NCBI GenBank assembly: GCA_023379265.1
Contig: JAMCUI010000013.1
Span: forward strand, 11,576 to 75,575
Length of the DNA: 64,000 nt
Direction: 5' to 3'
Source of the DNA: Patescibacteria group bacterium
GTDB taxonomy: Bacteria; Patescibacteriota; Microgenomatia; 2-02-FULL-39-11
Under the pieces are notes generated by a model. That model had not been told where the DNA came from, did no database searches, and saw nothing but the letters and a program-made list of their open reading frames with translations. The number at the start of each line of letters is the position of its first letter. The stretch's first letter is position 1. The position numbers and the translations under genes are program-made. Positions 28,159 through 37,761 of this stretch are shown piece after piece.

Positions 28159-28180
28159 AATTGCGACCAATTTTACTGGG
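28151..28180. repeat. perfect 12-6-12 inverted repeat (CCCAGTAAAATT-GCGACC-AATTTTACTGGG)
   Basis: Seen directly in the sequence. It overlaps the first 3 nt of tRNA-Lys and the stop codon of the serine recombinase ORF. A third CCCAGTA copy lies at 28186. Confidence 0.8.
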
Positions 28181-28340
28181 TAAACCCCAGTATTATTATC
28201 TTATTTTTCCGAATTATATGATTATACCAGCATAAAAAAATCATATCAACAACATTCATAGACACTTCTCACGTACTTTTGTTGGACAAATTTGTAAAAG
28301 AGATATAAACTGAATTTATAGTCTTTCATTATTATTTATT

Positions 28341-30704
28341 ATGGATTATACCGGCCTGTCCTCCAAAGAAGCTCTTGAAAAACTAAAAACTCTAGGACTA
28401 AACGAAATACCCGAAGTCAAAGAAAAATTCATCACAAAACTGGCAAAGAGGTTTGTCTCCCCCATCTCACTCATGCTGCTTGCAGCATCGATACTTTCTC
28501 TTGGTGGCCACAAGGTTTTTGATTTTTACTTTATTCTTTTTTTACTTCTTCTAAACGTTTTTATTGCTCTCTGGCAGGAAAGCAAAGCAGACAATGCCAT
28601 CGCCAAACTAAACCAGCATCTGGCTACAAAAGTAATGACTTTACGTGACGGCACCTGGCAAAAAATAGACTCAAGGGAGATAGTACCAGGGGATATCATA
28701 AAGCTTACTACAGGAAATATCATACCGGGCGACGGAAAAGTATTGGACGCCAGAAGCGTTACGGTAAATGAAGCTGCATTAACCGGAGAATCTTTACCCA
28801 AGGATAAAAATAAAAGGGATAAGATTTTCTCAGGAGCCTTCCTTATTACGGGACTTATGGTTTTTGAAGTGACGGCAACAGGAAGATCTACATATTTTGG
28901 CAAAACACTTATTTCTGTGGAAAGAGTAAGGAAACGTAGCCTCCTTGAGGAAGATATTATCAGTATATCCAAATTTTTATCAATACTCAGTCTTGCCGCT
29001 GTCGTCGTTCTCTCTGTCGTTTTCCTTTATGAGAAAGCTCCTATATTTGAACTGTTATCCCTTGATCTTTCCCTTGTCATCGCTGGTATACCTGTAAGCC
29101 TGCCTACCGTCATGACATTAATAATCGAATTTGGAGTACTTGCCCTTGCCGCCAAAAATGCAATCGTGCGCAGGCTTTCCGCACTTGAAGATCTGGCCAA
29201 TGTTGATCTTCTTTTGACTGATAAGACCGGCACTCTCACCCAGAACAGGATTACCGTCAATGAAATCATAAACTACAAAGGATACCAACCAAATGATGTG
29301 CTTTTTTATGCACTCCAAGTCTGCCTTCCAGACCAAAATAACTCAATAAACAAAGCTATTTTTGAAAAAGCTCAGGAAGCAAAAATCTCTGAAGCCGGTA
29401 TCAAAAACTCCGATTTTATTCCGGCTGATTCCGTCAGAAAAAGAGCCACCATAACCGTAGAAAAGGACGGTAAGAAAATTCTTTTATCTCTGGGAGCACC
29501 TCAGGTTGTCGCTTCACTTTGCAAGATTGATTCCGGGTTGAAATCCCGTTTCGAAAAGGAAGTAGAGAGTCTAGCCCAAAAGGGGTATAGGACGCTTGCC
29601 GTTTCGTATAAAGAAAATTCCAGTGAAGAGAAAGACATGTCTCTGGTGGGTGTTTTGGCCCTATCTGACATATTGAGGGATGATGCCAAGGATGTCGTCA
29701 GTTTTCTTGAAACAAACAATATCGGCGTAGCGTTGCTTACCGGCGACAACAGGGCTATCAGCCGGGAAATTGCCAGAAGACTGGATTTGAGTAATGGTAA
29801 AGTAGTCACCGGGGATGAGCTCCATAAAATCGGCTGGAAAAACATGACGCCAGAGATGTACCACCAGACCGGAGCCTTTTCCGAAATTCTTCCGGATGAC
29901 AAGTTTGAGCTTGTCAAGGCCGCCAAACGTTTTTTTGTCGTCGCTGCAAACGGGGACGGAGTAAATGACCTTCCGGCCATAAAGGAAGCTAATGTCGGCA
30001 TAGCGGTAAAAAATGCTGTTGACGCACTGAAATCCACTGCCGATATAGTTCTCCTGACAAGCGGCATATCAGTCATAAGGGACGCCCTTATAGAAAGCAG
30101 GAAAATCTTTGCACGTCTTTATACCTACTCCCTTTATAGAATCTCAGAAAGTCTCAGGCTTATTATCACTATAGCGATTCTGGGCCTTATATACCGCCAA
30201 TATCCTATGACGCCGTTACAGATTATACTGATTGCCCTCTTAAACGATATTCCTATCATCTCCCTTGCCTGGGATAGAGTAAGGATTGCCCAAAGGCCGG
30301 AAAAGATAAAAGTCAAGGAAAGATTTCTCCTGAGCTCCCTATACGGCCTGGCTGGGATCGGCAATAGCCTGATATTGTTTTTTATTCTTACCAAAATTCC
30401 CCAAGTCACTTGGAGTATGATACAGACAATTTATTTTCTAAAGCTAACCGTGTCCGGACACATGCTGATATTTGTTGCGCATACCAAAGCACGCTGGTTT
30501 AGGTTCCTCCCAAGCCGCCAGGTCATAATTGCTACTTTGACTACACAGGTTATCGCCTCAATCCTAGCTCTGACAGGATTTTTTATGCCCAGCCCGATAC
30601 CAATTATTTGGGTGGTAATTGTCTGGGTTTGGGCATTTTGTTGGATGCAAATTACTGAGCTGATGAAGGAAATCCAGCCAAGGATTTATAAGGAAACCGG
30701 CTAG
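28341..30704 (+). CDS. P-type ATPase, type III (H+/Mg2+-transporting family)
   Basis: DKTGTLT phosphorylation motif, GDGVNDLPAI hinge motif, TGES motif (LTGESLP), and an N-terminal GLSSKEALEKLKTLGLNEIPE cation-ATPase N-domain. Confidence 0.85.
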   Translation: MDYTGLSSKEALEKLKTLGLNEIPEVKEKFITKLAKRFVSPISLMLLAASILSLGGHKVFDFYFILFLLLLNVFIALWQESKADNAIAKLNQHLATKVMTLRDGTWQKIDSREIVPGDIIKLTTGNIIPGDGKVLDARSVTVNEAALTGESLPKDKNKRDKIFSGAFLITGLMVFEVTATGRSTYFGKTLISVERVRKRSLLEEDIISISKFLSILSLAAVVVLSVVFLYEKAPIFELLSLDLSLVIAGIPVSLPTVMTLIIEFGVLALAAKNAIVRRLSALEDLANVDLLLTDKTGTLTQNRITVNEIINYKGYQPNDVLFYALQVCLPDQNNSINKAIFEKAQEAKISEAGIKNSDFIPADSVRKRATITVEKDGKKILLSLGAPQVVASLCKIDSGLKSRFEKEVESLAQKGYRTLAVSYKENSSEEKDMSLVGVLALSDILRDDAKDVVSFLETNNIGVALLTGDNRAISREIARRLDLSNGKVVTGDELHKIGWKNMTPEMYHQTGAFSEILPDDKFELVKAAKRFFVVAANGDGVNDLPAIKEANVGIAVKNAVDALKSTADIVLLTSGISVIRDALIESRKIFARLYTYSLYRISESLRLIITIAILGLIYRQYPMTPLQIILIALLNDIPIISLAWDRVRIAQRPEKIKVKERFLLSSLYGLAGIGNSLILFFILTKIPQVTWSMIQTIYFLKLTVSGHMLIFVAHTKARWFRFLPSRQVIIATLTTQVIASILALTGFFMPSPIPIIWVVIVWVWAFCWMQITELMKEIQPRIYKETG

Positions 30705-31480
30705 AACAATGTTTTTTGCTGCACTCCCTTTGTTTTTATATGCAAAGCAGCTTCGCGATAGCGGCAGAAATCACAATCCGGGGAACTTTCTGGCAGGTCG
30801 TCTTTTATTAGAATACTTTTCACTTCAGAAAGGATAGGACCTATCCAATCTGTATTCCCCACGTAGGGTAATATTGAGATGTCAAACTCAAGTTTACAGT
30901 CAAAAGCCTCCTTGTCTGAATTTCCGTTGCAATAGACAAAATAGCCCGTATTTGAGACCTTAAAACCGTTTTTCTTAAAAAGCCATTGGTAAATTTCCAT
31001 CTGCCTCTTATATCCTCCCTGCCAATCAGCATCAATCCCAACCTGTCCGCTTTTGGCTGTTGCTTTGTAATCTACGATAATTAACTCATCTTCATGATTT
31101 ATCCAAACATCATCTATTCCCCCAAATATTTCAAAGCCTGTTTCCTCATGGAAATATGAGATCCCTCTCTTGGGATCACGCCATTTTGGTAAGTCAGGAT
31201 GCTGGTATGGCACAGCATCAATTCTGTAAGTCTTCATGAGAGGATGACTTGTTTTTGCTGACCTGTGTATATCAAATTCCTTCTTCAGGAGCCTATCGAC
31301 TGCTGAATTCAGACTGAAAGGATATCCGGGGGGCTGGGCGATACCCAATTTCACATCCATATAAAAGCACTGGTGACAGTTGACATATGATTCAATCTTG
31401 CTTCTACTCAGGCGGAAAGGTCTATCCGCTTTCGGATCATAAAGATTGTATTTACGCTGGGGGTTATAATAGGATGACAT
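30701..31480 (-). CDS. Cas4/RecB-like PD-(D/E)xK nuclease (DUF83 family), orphan
   Basis: IIVDYK (D-x-K), RQMEIYQWLF (QxxxY), an N-terminal CHQC and C-terminal CDFC cysteines consistent with an Fe-S cluster. No cas genes or CRISPR nearby. Confidence 0.55.
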   Translation of the reverse strand: MSSYYNPQRKYNLYDPKADRPFRLSRSKIESYVNCHQCFYMDVKLGIAQPPGYPFSLNSAVDRLLKKEFDIHRSAKTSHPLMKTYRIDAVPYQHPDLPKWRDPKRGISYFHEETGFEIFGGIDDVWINHEDELIIVDYKATAKSGQVGIDADWQGGYKRQMEIYQWLFKKNGFKVSNTGYFVYCNGNSDKEAFDCKLEFDISILPYVGNTDWIGPILSEVKSILIKDDLPESSPDCDFCRYREAALHIKTKGVQQKTLF

Positions 31481-31483
31481 ATC

Positions 31484-32932
31484 TTATGTAAGCTCCTTCA
31501 CATTATGCGATTTACTTTCCCTGAAACCGGCCTCAGTTATACGGATGAAACGTGAATTCCTGTGGAGTTCTTTTATGCTCATTGCATTGCAATAACTCAT
31601 ACCAGACCTTAACGCTCCCAGAAGCTGGTCTACCACGTCCATAACTTTTCCCTTATAGGGAATAAGCGCCTCTACCCCCTCCGGGACTATTGTGTTTAAC
31701 TTGTCAACCGTCATTTCTTCTCCTGCCATTTTCCGGTCTGCTACAGCCAAAAAGGATGCGGCACCCCTGTGGGCTTTATATTTCATGCCATTTCTGAAAA
31801 TTATCCCTCCTGGGGCCTCATCGGTACCGGCAAACCAGCCGGCCAGCATACACGCTGATGCTCCAGCTGCAAGGGCTTTGACCAAATCTCCTGGATAATT
31901 TGTCCCGCCGTCGGCGATAATCGGAACACCGTACTTTCTGGCAGCCCGGCTGCACTCAGAAACAGCAGTAAATTGCGGTACACCCACTCCCGCTACAATC
32001 CTTGTGGTACAAAGGCCCCCTGGACCGATCCCCACTTTTATTGCATCAACACCCAATTTGATGAGGTCTTTCACCCCACCTTCTGTTGCTACATTACCTC
32101 CTATTATGTCAATATCTTTGAATAATTTCCTTATTTTTTCCACTGCTTCCAAGGCCACTTCATTGTGTCCATGCGCTACATCTATAACTAGTACATCTAC
32201 CCCGGCGTCAACCAGCGCTGAGGCCCTTTGGACAAAGTCTCCCACCGCACCTATTGCTGCCCCGACACGCAACCTTCCATATCTGTCTTTGGTGGAGCCG
32301 GGATATCGTGTATAGTGTTCCAGGCTTCTTGATGTGATTAGTCCTCTCAACTGCCTCTTTCCGTCGATAAGGGGTAGTTTTTCTATCTTATATTTCCTTA
32401 TGAGAATTCTGGCTTTTTCCAATGTAATATTGGGGGAAGCATAAATCATTTTTTCAAAAGGAGTCATAAGCTTGGCAATTTTTGTGTCTTTTTCATCGAT
32501 AAAAAGCATATCGCGTCTAGTCAGTATACCCACTACATTTTCCTTATCATCAACAACTATAAAACTTTCAACCTTATTTGCTTCAGTCGTTTTTTTGGCA
32601 TCTGAAAGCGAAGCGTTTGCTGAAATTGTAAATGGCCGGTAAAGTATAAACCCTTCGTGCCGTTTTACCCTCTTTACCTCATCCACTTGCCTTTGGACAG
32701 TCATGAACCTATGGATTATGCCAATACCTCCCGCGTGAGCCATAGCAATTGCCATGGAGCTTTCCGTAACCGTATCCATATTGGCGGAAATGAAGGGAAC
32801 GTTCAGAGTAATATTTTTGGTCAGGTTTGCCATTGTGGAAACCATAGCCCTGTGGGCTACTCTACCTTTTTGGGGAATAAGAAGCACATCATCATAAGTA
32901 AGACCGAGTGAATAATCTTTAATTTGCGGCAT
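31484..32932 (-). CDS. guaB: IMP dehydrogenase
   Basis: TIM-barrel IMPDH with a tandem CBS insert. Catalytic-loop region GIGPGGLCTTR. Confidence 0.9.
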   Translation of the reverse strand: MPQIKDYSLGLTYDDVLLIPQKGRVAHRAMVSTMANLTKNITLNVPFISANMDTVTESSMAIAMAHAGGIGIIHRFMTVQRQVDEVKRVKRHEGFILYRPFTISANASLSDAKKTTEANKVESFIVVDDKENVVGILTRRDMLFIDEKDTKIAKLMTPFEKMIYASPNITLEKARILIRKYKIEKLPLIDGKRQLRGLITSRSLEHYTRYPGSTKDRYGRLRVGAAIGAVGDFVQRASALVDAGVDVLVIDVAHGHNEVALEAVEKIRKLFKDIDIIGGNVATEGGVKDLIKLGVDAIKVGIGPGGLCTTRIVAGVGVPQFTAVSECSRAARKYGVPIIADGGTNYPGDLVKALAAGASACMLAGWFAGTDEAPGGIIFRNGMKYKAHRGAASFLAVADRKMAGEEMTVDKLNTIVPEGVEALIPYKGKVMDVVDQLLGALRSGMSYCNAMSIKELHRNSRFIRITEAGFRESKSHNVKELT

Positions 32933-32936
32933 AATT

Positions 32937-34199
32937 TTAATGAATTTTTATAACAGAATTTCTGTCCGCACCCACGGAAACAATACTTATAGGTACACCC
33001 AACATTTTTTCAATTGATTCTATATATACACGGCATGTTTTTGGGAGATCGGAATATTTTTTGGCTTTTGATATATCTTCCTTCCAGCCCGGAAACTCTT
33101 TATATACAGGTTTGCACATGCCCAACTGGGAAAGTGAAGTTGGGAAATCTTCTGTCTCTTTATTGCCAATTTTATATTTTACCGCGATTTTAAGCTTTTT
33201 TAGTCCCGTCAAGACATCAAGCTTTGTGACAGCAATATCAGTAAAGCCGTTCAATCTCCTGGCATAAAGTAGCATCACCATATCCAGCCAGCCGCAGCGT
33301 CTCCTCCTTTTTGATACCGTACCGAATTCCCCACCCTTTTCCTGCATATATTCGCCAGTACTGTCAAAAAGCTCTGCCGGAAACGGCCCGCCGCCAACGC
33401 GTGTAGTGTATGCCTTGACTACTCCGGTTACTTTCAGTTTTTGTGGAGGTATACCGCAATAAGGAAAAACAGCGCCGGATATGGTATTTACGGCAGTGGT
33501 AAAAGGATATGTTCCGAAGTTGCCGTCCAGAAATGTACCATGCGCTCCTTCAAATAAGACATTTTTATCTTTCATCTCTTTTGCCAAAATCAGGCTTACG
33601 TCTCCTGCATATTTCTTCAATTTTAAGCCGTACATATTATACTCCGTAAAAATTTCATTTGCGGTCAAACTCACTTTGTATCCGAAGACTTTCTCAATTC
33701 TTTTTTTGACGCTGGGGAAATATGAAGAAATTTTCTCTTTTAGTATTTTTTTGTTTATGAGATCCTCCAATCTTATGCCGTGCCTGTTGTTTCTGTCTTC
33801 ATAACAATACCCTATCCCAAGCTTCAGGCTTCCGACTTTCTTATCTCCTTTTGCTTCTTCAGTAGCCGCATCAAGGAGTTTATGGTAAGGCATGACTATG
33901 TTCGTCCGAAAATCAATTGTCAAACCTACCTTTAACCCTCTCCCTATAAAAAAATCTATTTCCCTCAAAAGGACATCGGGGGCAACAACAGCTCCCTGTG
34001 CTATAAGTAGCTTTTTCTGCCACAAAACACCAGAAGGCAAAAGTGATAAAGGAAACTTTTCGTTTGCGACAACGACTGTATGTCCGGCATTATTTCCGCC
34101 GTTAAACCTGACGACAATATCGTTTTTTGCCGCAAGAAGATCGACAATCTTGCCTTTTCCCTCATCCCCCCATTGTGAACCGACTATTACAGTATGCAT
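32937..34199 (-). CDS. purA: adenylosuccinate synthetase
   Basis: N-terminal GSQWGDEGKGKIVDLL P-loop and GNNAGHTVV motif. Confidence 0.9.
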   Translation of the reverse strand: MHTVIVGSQWGDEGKGKIVDLLAAKNDIVVRFNGGNNAGHTVVVANEKFPLSLLPSGVLWQKKLLIAQGAVVAPDVLLREIDFFIGRGLKVGLTIDFRTNIVMPYHKLLDAATEEAKGDKKVGSLKLGIGYCYEDRNNRHGIRLEDLINKKILKEKISSYFPSVKKRIEKVFGYKVSLTANEIFTEYNMYGLKLKKYAGDVSLILAKEMKDKNVLFEGAHGTFLDGNFGTYPFTTAVNTISGAVFPYCGIPPQKLKVTGVVKAYTTRVGGGPFPAELFDSTGEYMQEKGGEFGTVSKRRRRCGWLDMVMLLYARRLNGFTDIAVTKLDVLTGLKKLKIAVKYKIGNKETEDFPTSLSQLGMCKPVYKEFPGWKEDISKAKKYSDLPKTCRVYIESIEKMLGVPISIVSVGADRNSVIKIH

Positions 34200-35584
34200 T
34201 ATTCTTCCTTTGTACTTAAGGCAACGTCTATAATTTGCTTTGTCAAACCCTGATATTTCTTTAAGCTGTCTATCTTTAAGAATTCTTTTTCCTTTTTTTT
34301 GATTGGCAGTCCGTCAATAAGATCATAAACATCCTTTCTAGTCAGTACATTGCCGCGGGTCTTGTCTTTCAAGAGCTCAAAAGCTTTTGTCCCACCGCAG
34401 GATCGCAAATAAGTCTGCAGGCCTTCTGAAAATATTTCCCAGTGACTGTCTAGGTCTTCTTCCATTTTTTCTTTGTTGGGACTCACGCGGGAAAATCCGG
34501 ACAGAAGGCTATCCCAAGCCAAAAGTGTAAACCCGAATGCCAGACCAAAATCCCTTTTTATTGTACTGTCTGACAGATCCCTCTGTAGCCTGGATGATGA
34601 AAGTTTTCTTCCGAAAAACTCAAACATTGTGTTTGCAAGCTGCAGGTTTCCTTCCGCATTTTCAAAAGTAATCGGGTTAACCTTATGTGACATTGTCGAG
34701 GAGCCCACTTCTTCTTCCTTTTTCTTCTGATGGAAATAGTCAAGACTGATATACCACCACATATCCTGAGCCAAATTATTCAGTATATAATTTGTACGCT
34801 TGACGCTGTCAAAAAAGGCCAACCAATTGTCGTAGGGGATAATCTGTGTCGTCACGACATTTGGGGAAAGGCTTAGAGACCTGATAAATTTTCTACTTTG
34901 CTCCAACCAGTCATATTGCGGGTATACAAAACTTAAAGCGTTATAGTTGCCTACCGCGCCTGTAAGTTTTGCCTCAAAATTCCATTTATAAAGATTTTTG
35001 AATTCCTTCTTTAGCCTCTGGTAAAATACCGCCAGCTCTTTTCCCATGGTGGTGGGTAAAGCGGGTTGACCATGTGTCCTTCCCAACATGCTCATTTCTG
35101 ATGTTAATCTGACAAGCCCGCTCAGTTTTTCCATCAGGATTCCCAATCTGGCCAGAAGGACTTCTTTTCTGAAGCCGTCCAGCATCTGAGCGTATGCGGG
35201 GATATTTACGTCATATGAGGTAAGCCCTATATGAATAAAAGGCTCTAATTTTGACAATTTCAGCAAAGAGAACTTATCCCGCAAAAAATACTCCACAGCT
35301 TTTACATCATGGTTTATTTTTGCTTCATGCTGCTTTATGATGTGGGCATCCTTCTTACTGAAATCCTGCCAAATTTCATTCATTTGCCTTTTCATTTCTT
35401 TCCCCAATCCGGGAATTATTTTTGTATTTTCCGAGAGGAAAATTATATAAAGAATTTCTGTTTTGACGCGGTATTTCATCAGGGCAAATTCGGAGAAATA
35501 ATCCCGCACATCCTCCATCTTGTCCCAATTTCTTCCGTCTAGTATAGAAATTGCTTTTAGCTGATGAAAATTGTCATTATCCAT
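34199..35584 (-). CDS. purB: adenylosuccinate lyase
   Basis: Fumarase/ASL superfamily signature SSTMSHKVNPITFENAEGN. 461 aa. Confidence 0.85.
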   Translation of the reverse strand: MDNDNFHQLKAISILDGRNWDKMEDVRDYFSEFALMKYRVKTEILYIIFLSENTKIIPGLGKEMKRQMNEIWQDFSKKDAHIIKQHEAKINHDVKAVEYFLRDKFSLLKLSKLEPFIHIGLTSYDVNIPAYAQMLDGFRKEVLLARLGILMEKLSGLVRLTSEMSMLGRTHGQPALPTTMGKELAVFYQRLKKEFKNLYKWNFEAKLTGAVGNYNALSFVYPQYDWLEQSRKFIRSLSLSPNVVTTQIIPYDNWLAFFDSVKRTNYILNNLAQDMWWYISLDYFHQKKKEEEVGSSTMSHKVNPITFENAEGNLQLANTMFEFFGRKLSSSRLQRDLSDSTIKRDFGLAFGFTLLAWDSLLSGFSRVSPNKEKMEEDLDSHWEIFSEGLQTYLRSCGGTKAFELLKDKTRGNVLTRKDVYDLIDGLPIKKKEKEFLKIDSLKKYQGLTKQIIDVALSTKEE

Positions 35585-35585
35585 A

Positions 35586-36656
35586 TTAGGTTGTTATTTT
35601 ACCGATACTTCCTGTTTCTATTGCCTTTTTTATCTCCCGGGCAATGCGCAGTCCGAAACTGACCGGTTCACCAAAATGGTACTGGCTGTATGGGGTAAAA
35701 CTGGTCCCCGGGGATCCGGGCATCCTTAAAGAGAGGTCATAGACGACAATCCTCTCTTTTGGCGGACCGGCAAGAACAGCTGATTGCAGGGCAAATGGAC
35801 CTATTATTCCCGGAGGAACATAAGTTTTGGCGGCGTCAACCAGTCTTTCGGCTATATGGAAAGCTTGTTCCAATAGTGACTCTTTCACAGTGACAGCTAT
35901 ATGTCCTGTTTCTATATACGAAGGCTTCACATACTCGCTAATCTCTTTTTGCTCTTCAAACGGCACTCTAAGTAAACCGTCTATATTGGTTTGGCGCCTT
36001 ATGTCTGTGCCTAAAAGTTCCAAACTGTCAGTCAGGGGAGAGTAGAAAAAATTGAAATTAACCTGTGCACCTACAAGGTATTCTTCGATAACAGCCTCAT
36101 TAAGGTCTTTTTGCGTAATTATCCCGGATTCCAATAATTTTTCTGAGCTTTCTTCGTATTCTTTGAAGTTTCTGGCAAAAAAGAAAGCCCTTTCGTAATT
36201 TCTTTGAGCTTCCTTTACTTTGACAATCACCAGCCGGTCGATGTCTTTTGCGTTTTTGAAGCGCTGAGGATAATCTACTTGGGCATTGTAAAAAAGCTGG
36301 TACTGGTTAAAGGCACCTGTTCTTTCCTCATACTTTAGAAGATATTTATTGCCGAAAATCGGGACGGGAAATTTGTTTTCCAATGCCGCAATGTCACAAT
36401 ATACCTGGCAATAGCGGTGTGGGATAAAAATAGAATTTTCAAGCTGCAGTTTTATTATTGTTTCCTTTTCAGTTAGCTTTGCGAAAGATTCTACCAAAAC
36501 ACATTTATCAACGATGTTCTTAAAATATTGGGTATATGTCTTATCCCGGCCCTGCATTGCGACAACCAACGTCTTAAATCCTTCTTTCTTTGCTCCCAGA
36601 CATATCTCAAGGGCGCTATGGCCGCCAAGTGTCGCTATGGTATTTATCTTATCCAT
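35586..36656 (-). CDS. purP: 5-formaminoimidazole-4-carboxamide ribonucleotide synthetase PurP-like (ATP-grasp, archaeal type), paralog 1
   Basis: N-terminal IATLGGHSALEICLGAKKEGFKT, the hallmark PurP start. ATP-grasp length of about 355 aa. Lies between purB and the second paralog. Confidence 0.65.
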   Translation of the reverse strand: MDKINTIATLGGHSALEICLGAKKEGFKTLVVAMQGRDKTYTQYFKNIVDKCVLVESFAKLTEKETIIKLQLENSIFIPHRYCQVYCDIAALENKFPVPIFGNKYLLKYEERTGAFNQYQLFYNAQVDYPQRFKNAKDIDRLVIVKVKEAQRNYERAFFFARNFKEYEESSEKLLESGIITQKDLNEAVIEEYLVGAQVNFNFFYSPLTDSLELLGTDIRRQTNIDGLLRVPFEEQKEISEYVKPSYIETGHIAVTVKESLLEQAFHIAERLVDAAKTYVPPGIIGPFALQSAVLAGPPKERIVVYDLSLRMPGSPGTSFTPYSQYHFGEPVSFGLRIAREIKKAIETGSIGKITT

Positions 36657-36669
36657 CAGTTTTATAGTT

Positions 36670-37695
36670 TTAATCCAATATTTTAGAAAGGCGTCCTTCC
36701 TTAGAAGCTTCTTTTATTTCCCTGGCAATCCTTCTTCCCGTACTCATAGGTATCCCGTAAGTCAGATCAGAATAAGGGGAGCCGTTTATAAAAAGATTAG
36801 TCCCGGCAACTATTCTACATGATATTTCTATTGTATAAAATAGCTGATCTGGGGTCACAATTGTTTCTATACAAAAGGGACCATATAGACCTTTTGGGGG
36901 CATAAGTTTTTGGGAAGCTGAAACCAACCTTTCTCCCATAGCATAGATTTCAGGCAGAAGTGATTCCCTTACAACTATGGGAAAGTTGCCTATGACAGTA
37001 TATGAGGGTTCTACGCTAAATTCATCATCCATATTGTGAGGAATGCGCGCTAAACCGTCAACGTTTGATTCGTACCTTCTGTCAATTCCCATAAGTTCCA
37101 CCGATTTTTTTATGGTGGAGTAAAAATACTGGAGATAAACTGGGGTTCCCACAATGTATTCCTGAATAATAAATTTCTGATCGGCAAATTTAGAAATCTT
37201 TTTATCAAATTGCTTTTTATCACCAGCTATAAAATAACCGCTTCCGCCTTTGGCTCCAAACATTTTTACTATCACCGGTTTGTCGATGCCTGAGGAATTT
37301 TTATATACCTTTGGAACTCTCAATCCGGCTTTTTTTAGCCATTCCATCTGTTTTTCTCTATCAATCTCCCACGACAATACCTCCTTATTGCCAAAATGCG
37401 CTATACTGATCCTATTCCCGTAGTCAGGACCAAGATAGGCAGTAATTGAACCGTGAGGAATAAGAATAAAATCCTTTGTTTTTAGCTCCTTTTCCCTATC
37501 ATAAAACTCAGTATAATTTTCTATCGAAATAATGCTGTCTATAAATGGAAACCTTTTATAGAAAGATGCCCTGCCGGACAAGGATATGGCACAAGTTGCA
37601 AAACCTTCGTCTTTGGCACCTTTGAGGATTTGGAGAGCCGAATGTGAGGCAAGAGTCGCAATTGTATATTTTTTCTTTTCCATATCAGAACTCAT
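36670..37695 (-). CDS. purP: PurP-like ATP-grasp protein, paralog 2
   Basis: N-terminal YTIATLASHSALQILKGAKDEGFAT. Colinear with paralog 1, with about 35-40% identity by eye. Confidence 0.65.
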   Translation of the reverse strand: MSSDMEKKKYTIATLASHSALQILKGAKDEGFATCAISLSGRASFYKRFPFIDSIISIENYTEFYDREKELKTKDFILIPHGSITAYLGPDYGNRISIAHFGNKEVLSWEIDREKQMEWLKKAGLRVPKVYKNSSGIDKPVIVKMFGAKGGSGYFIAGDKKQFDKKISKFADQKFIIQEYIVGTPVYLQYFYSTIKKSVELMGIDRRYESNVDGLARIPHNMDDEFSVEPSYTVIGNFPIVVRESLLPEIYAMGERLVSASQKLMPPKGLYGPFCIETIVTPDQLFYTIEISCRIVAGTNLFINGSPYSDLTYGIPMSTGRRIAREIKEASKEGRLSKILD

Positions 37696-37761
37696 ATCTA
37701 TATTTTTTATATTCGATTATGTTATTCCCTCAGGCTTGAAAAAGAGATTCTGAGATAGCTT

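Noticed and set aside
29027-30076. Several minus-strand ORFs (29027-29269, 29118-29336, 29501-30076) inside the P-type ATPase gene
   Set aside because: They are antisense to a gene with unambiguous P-type ATPase motifs, and their translations are Ser/Ala/Arg-rich low complexity. Shadow ORFs.
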